A stretch of DNA of 58,335 bases, the filler included, from Sphacelaria rigidula (lineage: Eukaryota), in assembly GCA_964200075.2 (NCBI GenBank). It is 9 parts of 9 records of this genome, joined end to end, with 100 filler letters (N's around TTAATTAATTAA, not from the genome) between each part and the next. Parts side by side here need not be neighbours in the genome. Positions count along the whole stretch, not along the records: positions 1 to 6,394 come from CAXNAA020020343.1; positions 6,495 to 12,888 come from CAXNAA020020344.1; 7 more parts are not named here. One strand, 5' to 3'. Of this stretch, positions 1 through 10,961 are shown piece after piece; position 1 is the first letter of the stretch; each line of letters begins with the position of its first letter. The notes below the pieces were generated by a model. It had not been told where the DNA came from and searched no databases. It saw only the letters and a list, made by a program, of their open reading frames with translations. Made by a program: the position numbers and the translations under genes.

Positions 1-879
1 GGTGGCATGTGCCGCGGAATTAGGGGGGAAAACGGCTGAAATCGCATTTACGGTTACAGTCGGTTGTGCCGCGGCCGCGAAGTGGTGGTGTTGCACTAGT
101 TGTGGTTGTTTAACAATTCATGTCGTACTGTACGCGCGCAGGGTCTGAGGTGGCACGCAGACGAGACCTCCAGCGCCTCAAGACGTCGGGCTTGTAGGAA
201 ACGTCAAAGTTCCGGCTGCGGTTGTTGTAGTCTAAAAGCAAGTGAATCGGTTCTCGACAGAAAAACGCGATTTCACTCCTTGACTTCCAGTCGTTTTGCA
301 TGAAATTTTGACACGATATACATGAGGTATATGTAAAGCCCCTACCGTTTCCCCCTCTTTTATTTTGTTTTTCCCTCCTGAGTTACTGGTGATATAAATT
401 TCGGAACAGTTTTCCTGCTGCAAAAGCGATATATCATTGAAAAGAAAAGAAAGTGTCAAGGGGGAGCGATAGGGACTTCACAACATACCTCATGGGCATC
501 GTGCCGGAATTTCGTGAAAAAATACTTGAAATTGAACAGCATAGCCGCGTTTAATTTTTTCGTGGCTGGTCCATCTCCACATAGGAACCAGTCTTGAACA
601 CCAACACGCGATTTAGCAGATTAATTTCAGGTCATTTTCTCTGGAATTTTGACACGATGGACAGGATGTATGTGCGAAGACGCCACCATTTGCTCGTACG
701 TTTTGTTTTTTTCTCTGTGAGTTATCGGCGACCTAACATTTCAGAACATTTTTTCGGAACAAAATCGTGGATAACTCCGAAAAGAAAAAGAAAAAATGTA
801 GGGGTAAGAAAATAAAGTCTTCGTACATACATCCTGAACATTGTGTCAGAATTTCATAGAAAACGACTCAACATTGAGC

Positions 880-3094
880 TACTAAATCGCGTGTTCACAT
901 CCCCGTCCGCGTCTTGGGCGGCCCAGCCTGTATTGAACTAACTGTATCGCTAGGTATACTTTGTTTGAGCTCGCTAATGATGAACTGGGTGAGCTGCTCA
1001 CACCTGTTGGGGTCAGATGTTGTTTCTCGTCTATCGATTGGTGTACGCCCGATCGAGATTCGTCCAGGTTTGTTGTGTGCGAAGCGACCAAGGAGCCGCA
1101 CTGGGGCGCACACGATGTTGTGGTCAGAGTCCGAGGAGTTGGGGGGTTGAAGGTGGACGGTGACATTGCGAACAAGCGTGCGATTATCTCGCCGTATGAG
1201 GATGTAGTCAGTGCGTTTCTTGTCCACGGGGCGATTCGCAACACCGTTGAACGTACGTGAGGTGTTTCCCCTAGGACTGAAAATAACATGTTGACCAGGG
1301 CAAGCCTGTTGTCGCCTGCAAGTTGTATTAGAGAGGTGTCGTTACTTCCGTCGGATCAGGAGTCCCAGCCCGCCGTATGCTCCCACAATTTCACGTCCCT
1401 CCTCGTCTGTTCGTACTCGAGTCCTTGCGTCACTATCCATCAAAATAAATAGATGATACTTGGGGGGTATACGGTTGAAAATGCTGTCTAACTCAGTTCA
1501 GAACACAAGTCTCTCTTCTCTTGACTGTAGAGTGTCTGTAGGGGCATATGCAACTAGAAACGTTATAGCATTTGGTTTACCCGCGAGGTTGAAAATGATC
1601 GACATGCGGCGTTCGCTACTGAGTGCCTGAGTCCGTGTCGCCTTGCTGATGATCGAGTCCTTGACTGCCAACCCAACCCCACGTTGTCCAGCCCTCCCCT
1701 TGCCCCTCTCCACCCCGCAACAAAAGACACGATATCCCGCGGCATTTAATTCAAGGATGTCGATTACCTGTGCACCCGTAATTACCAGTAACACCTATGG
1801 GGCGTAGGTGATCACATATTTCGGCGGAAATAAGGGTCCCAAATTTCGGTCGCATCCATGGGCCCCACTTTTTGCTCGCAGCGTTGCAAAGCTGTGACAA
1901 GTATGGTGAGGACAGTATGATACAGGAGATACTCGGTTACACGCCGGAATGGTTTCATCTTATGCGTGTGTATACGAAGGCTGAGAGCGTCTTGCAATTT
2001 GTGCGCGATTGCTAGGTTCACCAGGCTGACAGCACGCTTCATCGGACTTGTTTGCATTCATGAATTGAAAATAGACCGGCGGCGACATGGCGACAAAATG
2101 ATAGCAGTGGTGGGATGGGGTGGAATGATGGTGCTGAAGTGTGGTACTACAAAATAGATAATTGGTATGACGAACAGACGTAATAAGATCTACTCGAAGT
2201 ACTTGTACTTCGTACCTTGCGTACAAGTACATACGTAATGTATGCGAAACAAGTGATGCGAAATAGTCTACAATAAACATGAAAACATGCAACATACGTA
2301 ACACAAGCATCAACACATGCATCCATACATGTAGATATTCATAATACATACTTAGCACTACACCGGAATGCATGTGTACTGCTATACATACACAAGAAGT
2401 GCATTACAAACGCGCAAAGTGCGTTCAAACCTCTTCTCTGGCGTTAATATACTGATTCTAGTGTAGAAATGTGGAAACCCGCGGATACACCACGAATCAT
2501 CCCCGTTTTTGTGGTAATTAGAGGTAAGTTATTAAAATGGCTGATTTCAGGAAATTACGGTAAGTTATTAGTCTAATCTGGGGCAATCGACATCCTTGAT
2601 TTATTTCGGTTCGACCTGGTCTCCTCGTTTCCTGTAGTATGATGATGTCACATCCGACTGCCTGACATTTTTGCGGGACAACCTCAGCATGGCCAACTAC
2701 GTCATTTCCCATGAGGGACAGTGTACGCACGTTATAGGTCGCCACTATGAGCTCTCCAGTACGCGCCCTAGCTCTGGCCTTTATTCACACGTCTTTCTCT
2801 TTGCTCTGCCCTCCTTCTTGGTCTGTTTCGCCTCCTAATTTTACGGCCGAGCTTTTTTCTGTTCCGAGTTTTCTTTGGCACGTTTGTCACGGTGCCTTCC
2901 TTGCTTGTTGGTCTCGCGGGGAGGGTGCAGCCTTCCCATCCGCGTCGGCCGTTATCTCCAGTCCGCCGAATCTGGTACTTACTCACACGTGTCTCATCTC
3001 CATCAGGGTGCTTTCCGTGACAGTGTCTCAACGCCCGGTATAAAACTGCAGCTGCGGGATTAAATTTGGTTCCCAGTCTACGGTAGAACTCCAA
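880..3094 (-). mobile_element. Degenerate RTE-clade LINE, 5' part with AP-endonuclease domain, interrupted by a hAT-like insertion
   Basis: APE motifs ATYNVRTL..DIIILQETR (2745-2610), GVGLAV..VAYAPTD (1750-1500) and DYILIRR..SDSDHNIV (1227-1090); frameshifts and stops; boundaries approximate. Confidence 0.85.
1752..2598. mobile_element. Non-autonomous hAT-like DNA transposon (847 bp)
   Basis: 17-bp TIR caaggatgtcgatt(a/g)cc; 8-bp TSD atttaatt/atttattt; excision restores the in-frame APE sequence GRTELNAAG. Confidence 0.85.
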
Positions 3095-3649
3095 AGCTGC
3101 AGGATTGAGCCTGCATGACCCACTACCTAGTGTGTTGCATCACCACTGACACTATACACAGGCAAACCAGTAGGTCAAGTTACCCTCCCTCATTTATTGG
3201 TTGTGCTGTCGATGGATCAGCTTACCGGGACACAACCAACCCCAGTAGGGTGGCGGTCGGGGGAAGCAAGTTAGTAGGGGTACTGAGATAACTAAATGCC
3301 CAAAATAATATCTCATCAGCGGCCCGGTTCTGCAATGACGGGCCACATCTGTTCTTGGTGCACCCTTTCCACGTTGGCGATAAATGAACACACCCTACAG
3401 TAACCGATCCAAGCGTCAATTCGTGGACCGAGCCATCGAGATCAGTGACTGGCGTTATTTTCTCGGGCCGGTGTCCGTTCATGTACTACGTGTGTGTTTT
3501 CGGTTGAGCATACCGTTTCTAGCCCCCAACCTGTGCGTTGTGCCAGATCCCAACGCCTTTAAGGCGTACAGCATGGTAGTGAGCGCACCGTGAGGCGACA
3601 CTCAGGATTGTTCACAGAGCGGATGGGGTTTAGTATGTCGTAACTTTTG

Positions 3650-3940
3650 GTTTGATGGGGGTCTCCTCCTTCTCCTGTTGCCCTACCCCCTCTTCTCACT
3701 TTCGCTTCTTGTCATTTGTTGTTTTGTCATTTGTACTTTTTTTTACCCTTTCTCGGTTTACTCTGGGTGTTATTTATGTTTGTTTCTTCTTTGCGTCGTT
3801 GTATTTCTGGATTTTCCTCCAGGAAGTGTTCTCCCGATACTACTCTCACCTTGGGTAAGTCGGTATTGGGAGCACGGCTGGGTTCGTACGGGATCACTCC
3901 GGTAGTGTGCGACAGTCGATCAAACAATCAATCAATCAAT
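3650..3940 (+). mobile_element. Retroposon 3' end with (CAAT)n tail
   Basis: Ends gtgcgacagtcgatcaaacaatcaatcaatcaat; related ends at 40852-41090 (-), 46150-46305 (+) and about 22510-22770 (-). Confidence 0.55.
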
Positions 3941-4098
3941 ATTGGCGGCGTCACTCGCAACAAGGCCGGTATAGCAACATGGCGGATGATTTTGGCTTGC
4001 CACCATGGCCTAGCACTAAGGCGGGTTTGGTTTAGTTTTATGGCGGAGTGGGGGACTAACCTGGTCACACTCCGGTCTAATTCGCACGAGAAATCTTC

Positions 4099-4337
4099 CA
4101 AGGTGTCTTGGGTAGGGTACACACCCGGGCATTTACTCACCCGAAGTTTGTGTTGCGATGGTCAGGTCTCCATACCCTATCCAAATATTGGGCAGTTAGC
4201 TACGATCACAATACTCTACCCAATATCTGAGTATTGTTGAGTGCGATTTTTTTACACTCTGCTCAAGTGTTGAGCACTTGGGGTGCGATTTTTCAGAATA
4301 CCCAAATGTAGGAAATACCCTACCCAACAAACCCTTG
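4099..4337. mobile_element. hAT-type MITE (239 bp)
   Basis: Imperfect TIR caagg..ttgggtagggta; perfect 8-bp TSD aaatcttc (4091-4098 and 4338-4345). Confidence 0.85.
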
Positions 4338-4714
4338 AAATCTTCTCCTCGTGGTCCAATAATAACACACAGATCGATGGAGAGATCACACACGTTGATG
4401 TGATACACACACACGCTGATGTGATACGGTAGCGGCCCCGCTCATTCGAGACAAGGTTGTAAGAAAATTAGACTGATGTTTCCAAAAATATTGGAGAAGA
4501 AAAAAAGGTGCCCAGCCTCACCGACAACCGCTACACCGAGTCCAATACATTACGCCTCTGCATTAAATGAGAAACTCACGCTCAGCCTGGTTTTTAGTTT
4601 CTCATCTGGCGGACCGTCTCTGCACAAACATACGATGATGTGGTATACAAGTGCACAAAGTTGGTGTATTCAGGATCCAAGTGTAACTTTTGCGAGGGGG
4701 GCGGGGGGGGGGGG

Positions 4715-5157
4715 CGTACTCTTTTGTTGCGTGCCTCGGCCGTTTGACCATTGATCACGCATCCCTTTCGAGACAGCACGGTTCCTACTCCTGATAAAAA
4801 CACCTCCAACATTTAGCATATTATTGAGTTTCTTCCATACATTGCACATAAACCTTTCACATATCTCATCCCCGTCCTGTCATCTTCTGTAGTCACCATG
4901 CATGGCCATCGTTTTCTCGCTCCTGTCTAATGCATCAAACGTTTTCATGCCACCTTCGTTCAGGTCCCGCATTTCCCCCTCCAGCACGTCCCGTTTCTCC
5001 TTGTTTTGTTCACATTCTGCAACTATAAAAGTTCTGCTCTCTATTGCTCTGCCACAGGGGCAATTCTGTGCCTCAACTCCCTCCTCCTCCGGACTACTCG
5101 TGTATCTCCTTCTTCTTTCTGGCAGGTCCAGGTCCCCAACCCAAAATCGTAGTTTCC
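4715..5157 (-). mobile_element. 5'-truncated LINE (RTEX-like) 3' end, flanked by G-runs on both sides
   Basis: Encodes LRFWVGDLDLPERRRRY..CPCGRAIESRTFIVAEC (zinc-knuckle-like); homologous to 35947-37175 and 37640-38665. Confidence 0.8.
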
Positions 5158-5603
5158 GGGGGGGGGTGAGGGGCGGGGGGGAATCACTCCATCCCAAGAA
5201 AACAGTTTTCACCTCAGTGCTCTGCGATGGAACATTTTTTTTTTTTTGCGAAAATCCACAAGTGCAAACAACAGGGAAGGATAAAAGGTTTGAAATTTTC
5301 CGTCACACACGAACGAACCCCAATGCCAAACGTCATGCTTGCTTGGATCAGGCACCAAGCCGATGGAGGAAGGGGACGAGGTCGAGATAGATTTTGACTT
5401 CGACGAAGACGACTTCGAAGAAGCGGAGAATAACTTCGATCCCGAGCCGTTGGATGATGAGGATTTGCTGCAGGACGAATTCGACATGCAAACCGAGTGA
5501 GAGAGATATTGAGTTTTCATCGATGTGATGATTGTTGAATACATCACCTGTCGCGCGTTGGCCAATCCACCGCGAGGCCGGCGGCGATGTCAAGATGGAC
5601 GTA

Positions 5604-6158
5604 CAGTAGTGGGCGGTCTAACGATAGAAGTCATTTTGTGGCATTTTGTGATTTTTTCGTAATTGGCGATTCGCGTCGGCTCTTTTCGCTTGCCACCGCT
5701 TATCACATCGGGGATTTGAAGATATTTGTATCCGCTTCACATTCCAAGAAGAAAAAAACGTCTTCACTCAATATTGAGTGAGTTACGGGCTGACCGGCCA
5801 TCGGGGGTCCCGCGACGTTTCAGCCCAGATTCTTACTCCTCGGTATTTTCGGTCGATCAAGCCTGTCCCGATCATATTTGTGACGGAAGGTACAGTTTTA
5901 TTTTTTTGAAATTCTACCTACTCATGGCGCAAGATCCGAAAAACTGTGTTTCACGGTCAATGACACCCTCTTGATGAACGGGGAATTTGCTCGTATTGTC
6001 CGATAACACCAACTCATACTGACGTGGGCACTGTGTGTCGAGGATGATCTGTTGATTGTACCGACATCTACCGACGCTAACAATTTCGAGTTCTATCGAA
6101 GAGTAGTACGCGAGAAAACCCTGAAAACACCCCTGGATAGTTAGACCGCCCACTACTG
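5604..6158. mobile_element. Tc1/mariner-pogo-type non-autonomous element (555 bp)
   Basis: Perfect 19-bp TIR cagtagtgggcggtctaac; TA on both flanks. Confidence 0.85.
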
Positions 6159-6234
6159 TAGTCAAAATAAATGCGTGGAACAGCTATTTACGCGAATCTC
6201 GATTCAAATGATGGGGGCACGGGGGGATAGGGAG

Positions 6235-6307
6235 CGTACTCATTTGCTGCTCACCGTAGTCATTTTACCGTTGACCAGGCATCCCTTGCGAGACGGAGCA
6301 AACTGAA
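6235..6307 (-). mobile_element. Very short 3' tail copy of the RTEX-like LINE between G-rich tracts
   Basis: Homologous to 4715-4785, 41556-41620 and 45575-45641. Confidence 0.7.
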
Positions 6308-6394
6308 GGGGGGGCGGGGGGGGGGGGGGGGGGACCCAATTTTTTGCCGCCCTGGGTGTTTGGGCGGTGGCCCGGCCTCCCCTTGGGGACGGGG

Positions 6395-6494
6395 NNNNNN
6401 NNNNNNNNNNNNNNNNNNNNNNNNNNNNNNNNNNNNNNTTAATTAATTAANNNNNNNNNNNNNNNNNNNNNNNNNNNNNNNNNNNNNNNNNNNN
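6395..6494. other. Artificial contig linker N44-TTAATTAATTAA-N44
   Basis: Exact 100-bp pattern repeated 8 times; core has stop codons in all six frames. Confidence 0.97.
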
Positions 6495-6608
6495 AATGCC
6501 CGTTTTCAGTGTAGACTGTCGAATTTTGTGTACCCACGACATAGTCGCTCTCCACCGTTGAGCATGGTATAAGAAAAAATCCGACAGTCTACACTGAAAA
6601 CGGGCATT
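6495..6608. repeat. Hairpin/mini-TIR element with a SINE-tail-like loop
   Basis: 27-bp perfect inverted repeat (6495-6521 vs 6582-6608); loop resembles the SINE tail at 28805-28855. Confidence 0.75.
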
Positions 6609-6609
6609 T

Positions 6610-8960
6610 GTTCTACCGTGAATTGCGTCGACCAGTTCGTGTGAACACTACTGCCGAAGGGTACGTGAACCCGCTCAACGCAATGGAAAATGTGGACAAG
6701 CAGCACGCAATGTCTCGAAATGAGCGCCAGCGGCCACGGTATTGGAGTCCTCGCAAGTATCCACCTCTGCGCACACGCGTTTGCCGGTATTTGGGTGACT
6801 GGAGTACTCTCTTGAAATTGTGTATTTGCGACGATTTTTGTTGTTGTTCATAGATAAATCTTTCATAACCTTGGCCACAAAACATCAACAACCAACCTTC
6901 CGACGGCAGTATCAATTTCGCGAGACATGTAGACCAACGTTTATTCGGTACATGGCACGACTAAGCCTGTCAAACCGACCTTCATCGGCGGGGCTACACT
7001 GGGTAAATGTTCGAGACAAGAACTCTTTTCGGAACAATGTCATCGGCCAATCTTCGGCGCCTGTAATCTCGACCCTACAGCTGAGGCACTTCCCTCTGTT
7101 TCGGGAGGACCGCCCAAAACGATGACATGAAGTGTGTGCTTCTGTTGATCCCCATCCCTGACTCAGGCGTAATGTTCAACCGAAACAGTTGTTTTTTCAC
7201 ATTGCCGTGGTCTAAGGTCTGTCTGGCTGCTGATGAGACGTGGCTATCGCACGGCATTGAAGGGTTCAACACTCACTGTTCATATTTGGATCTTGATGGC
7301 AGGAGCAACTTATTTGATATTATGGAAGATACGTTCAACCGTGGATATTGAAATGGATAAAGCAAGCTGCGAAAAGCTAAAAAATGCACCCGCACTCCTA
7401 CAAAACACTCCGCGAGCTCGTATTCAGCAATCATCCACAGCTATTTCACCATGATTCAAATCTAGATGCCGAGATTCGAATAGTTACGGGGGCGACAGTC
7501 CCGAGTACAGGACTCACCCGCATGCCCACCACGCATCTTCACTCCGATCGAGCCAATTCGGCTTGAGCTGTCAGCCCACAAATTACCCCAGGCGTGCTAT
7601 GTTACCCGCGTTGCCCGAGGGTTCTCGGTGTTCGTTTGGTTGGGGTTGGAGTTAGGATTCGTAGGGTTTAGCAGTGACAATGTATCAACTATGGAATACT
7701 TGGACAGCTCGTGTGCGCTCGCCTCCGTTTTACGGCTTTGTGCGAATAACCAACAAATGCGGCGAAATGAGCAAATACTCATCTGACGGGTGCACCGTAA
7801 AATATCCAACAGCACCGAGAATCATGTAAGGCTTCAACACCCGTCACCACAAGTAGCAGTATGAAGGCTACAGTCCACGCCATGCCCCAAGACTTTGTAG
7901 AGAGCTCCACGTGTGTCTATTGTGAAAGCGAGACGACTCCAATCGATTGTTTGCTACGGGAGTTCATGGGTTTCGAAGATGTGGGCCACGGCACAACAGG
8001 ATGGATACACGTCAGTTGGAAATTCGAAAAAAACATTCCTTTCCCTAGGCGGTGGCATCTGTGATGTGCAAAGAAGTTTTGCGGAGTATCAAACAGGGAA
8101 ATACTATGAGTGCTTCATTGGTTTGCTTCAACACGAGCATATATTTAGGGGCATTGCTACTTCCCCATCCCATCTCGAAGAGGAACCGCTCTTTTTCAGC
8201 ACTTTTCTCCACTCATATCCACGCCCACGAGAATCGTGGAGGGAATCCCTTGACCCACGAGACCAGAGGTGCAGGTGTTTGTGGTGTGTATCCAGTACGC
8301 ATAACGTAAGCATCTTCGCATGAACGAATCATTTGCAAAACGTATGCTGATGATTATTAGCCTTGCAGCCATGGGGCGCCAACGTCCCCGCGCATACATT
8401 CCGTACTACATCAACCTTGTTAATGTACCACACGGCACCGTCAGTGTAAGGGTCCACGTTATCGGGCGGAAAAAAACGAGGCAAGAGTGAATCAAGCGTC
8501 CAGAGGCACCATGTCGATTGGTCATCCCGCGGCGTGATATCGCGGCGATCCATCGACATCGCACCTTCGGAAGCTTGCTTCACTCTGGGCTGTTTTTTTC
8601 AGTCCAGTTAGACACGGTCCGAACACCTACAGGTAATGTCTTTCATCACCCCGAAGATTCATCATCCGCGTGTTTCATTTGTGGGGTGGTATACAGCGTG
8701 CCTCGAGCACCGACTGTACTGTATTGATCCTGTTGTAGGTATGACTTGGTGGCAAAAGTATAGGGAAATGAATCACATGGGGTGTTTTCGAGGGGTGATA
8801 TCCAGCGCACGGGTGGCACGCTATTGCATACGGTGTATCCGGGGAAAAATCGCAAGTACACAGCCCGTTCTCCGGCCTCTTCTCGCCCTACACATTTGTT
8901 ATCGCGCGACGGCTCTTGGGGCCGACCGCATACGCAAACAAGTGATTTCTCTTACGTCAG
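6610..8960 (+). pseudogene. Possible degenerate Plavaka/CACTA-like transposase
   Basis: Frameshifted fragments in expected order: LLFIDKSFIT, INFARHV, QLFFHIA..HGIEG, HLEE, FITPKIHH..LEH; motif resemblance only. Confidence 0.35.
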
Positions 8961-9116
8961 CACCTATACATTGAGAGCGTCGACAAGTGTGCATAGCAAT
9001 GCGGCCAGAACGCATCTCACGCTCATTATTTGTAGTGTGCAAGTGACCGCTGCGCGTCGTCACCCCGTCCTACCCCGGTCGATGCAGGCAGTGAAGTTCT
9101 GCAGCACGACATAGTA

Positions 9117-9356
9117 CAGTGCCGTACCGTATAGTTTTGAGCTTAGAGAGCTTTTGCCAACAGCCGATACCGGCGAAGGCTTGCATTTACACAACATGCA
9201 AATCTCTACGCGTGTTTGCGGTTCATGCGGTCCCATACGTGCCGCAAATTTCGGGAAGGGGGGACCGTAATGTAGTTCGTGTGCAAGACATTACACTTGC
9301 AAGGATACGATACATGGGGTATTCGTGTAGTTCCCAGTAGTAACCGTACGGCATCG
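9117..9356. mobile_element. Possible TA-flanked MITE
   Basis: Imperfect 14-bp TIR cagtgccgtaccgt/cgatgccgtacggt; TA on both sides. Confidence 0.4.
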
Positions 9357-10836
9357 TACAGCGCAGAGAGTACAGTGCATTGAAGCACGTGCCACATTGA
9401 TTCATCCGGCAATGCCCATGCCAGCCGTAATTAGCATAGGACACACAGCATCTTGAGGGCACATGCAAAGTTGGTGTACGTGTGCAGATCATACGATGCG
9501 TGTGGCGGGCTGCGCTGTAAGGACGAACCCGAGCGGGGGCTCGAGTATATTTCGTAGAGAGAAAGAATATCAGGTCCACACCGACTGACTCAAACCCCTC
9601 AGGAAGCCTGCTTCAGCACAGCACGCACGGCACCATGGACTAGTACCGAAGCGTAGTATGCTCCTGTTGCACGAGCGACAGCCACGACGGGGGCGGATGC
9701 GGCGCAATTGGCGCAGGATCCGCCGCAACAACGCAGTCGCGACCACTATACTGTATCTATATATGTAGCGATGTGACTGTACCAGCTGTAATCATGACTA
9801 TGTGGCTCGTCAGTTGTATTTGTGTACGAGGACCCGATTAGAAAATCACACATGAAGATCATCTGCCCACAGAGCGAGCGCTGACTTCACTACTGACCGT
9901 CCTGGTGTTGTAGGTATCGGGGACAGAGAGGTCAGCCGACCCATTCAACACTCACGATATGATACAACGTGATGGAAGCTCTGGAGGAGTGGAAATCAAC
10001 CCCTTGACCGCCGGGGCAGGCCAACAGGGTCTACCCACCTTGGCTGTCAAAGCTTGATCCCTTCGCATTGGATGGTCCGGGTCTGATATATACATTTTGT
10101 CGGGTGATAATGATGCCCATGCAACACGTGAGACGGTCAAACAGCAACAGCTGTTGCAGTGTACGATCACAACACACTTTGACGTAACACGGACCCAGCC
10201 AAGTGGATGCATGGCCTCGTTTGAGCACGGGACAAACTCCGAACACGAACACGGCGAAGGCGCAACGTCCGACTTCCGCATCTATGCGGCACAAAAACCA
10301 CCATTTCCTACTGAATCATTTATTTGCAACGACAAAATAACGAAGGAGAAGGCTAGGTGCCGGGGAGGCAGTTGTGTGTGAGTATGTCGATGCACTCTTC
10401 GCCTTTTACTTTTATGCTGTTGACAACATGTATCCCGGAATCATTTTGGAAGCTACGTGGACAGGCGCATTTCGTTTCACGTCAGTCATCATCCTCAACG
10501 ACTACGAGTAAAAGAACGAAAGCGCAACTGTTATTTGAGGCAGCCCGAGTTTGTCTCTCCGTCAGCACCCAGAACCCCCCCCCCCCCGCCCCCGCCCCCG
10601 CCCCTCCCAGTGGACTGCGTGGCTCAGGAGTACGTTGGCGGTGGCATGCTGCAACATAAAAACAACCATTAGAGACGAGATAGGCATGGACTGCTCGCCA
10701 TCCGGGCGCATCAGCTTTCCCACAAGAAGTACCACCGAGATGATCAGCGTGTTGGAATAGCTCATGTGAGGCGGATTACTGAAGTATCTAAACCTTACAA
10801 CGTAGATTACCTACATGGTACACGACTCAACCATAC

Positions 10837-10961
10837 CTTGTAAATAAAAGTACCCGAACGTCGCCACCCTCGGTCTATCAAGTCTTGGTAGTCCTGGCAC
10901 GTGAGCCGTTTGGCCATCAATCCATAAGATGATGATGTTTTCTCGTCTGGCTTACAGTAAC
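10837..10961 (-). CDS. ATE1: Internal exon of arginyl-tRNA--protein transferase (ATE N-terminal domain)
   Basis: GYCKPDEKTSSSYGLMAKRLTCQDYQDLIDRGWRRSGTFIYK matches the ATE1 motif GYC..LT.QDYQDLIDRGWRRSG..YK; bounded by AG and GT; other exons not confidently found. Confidence 0.9.
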
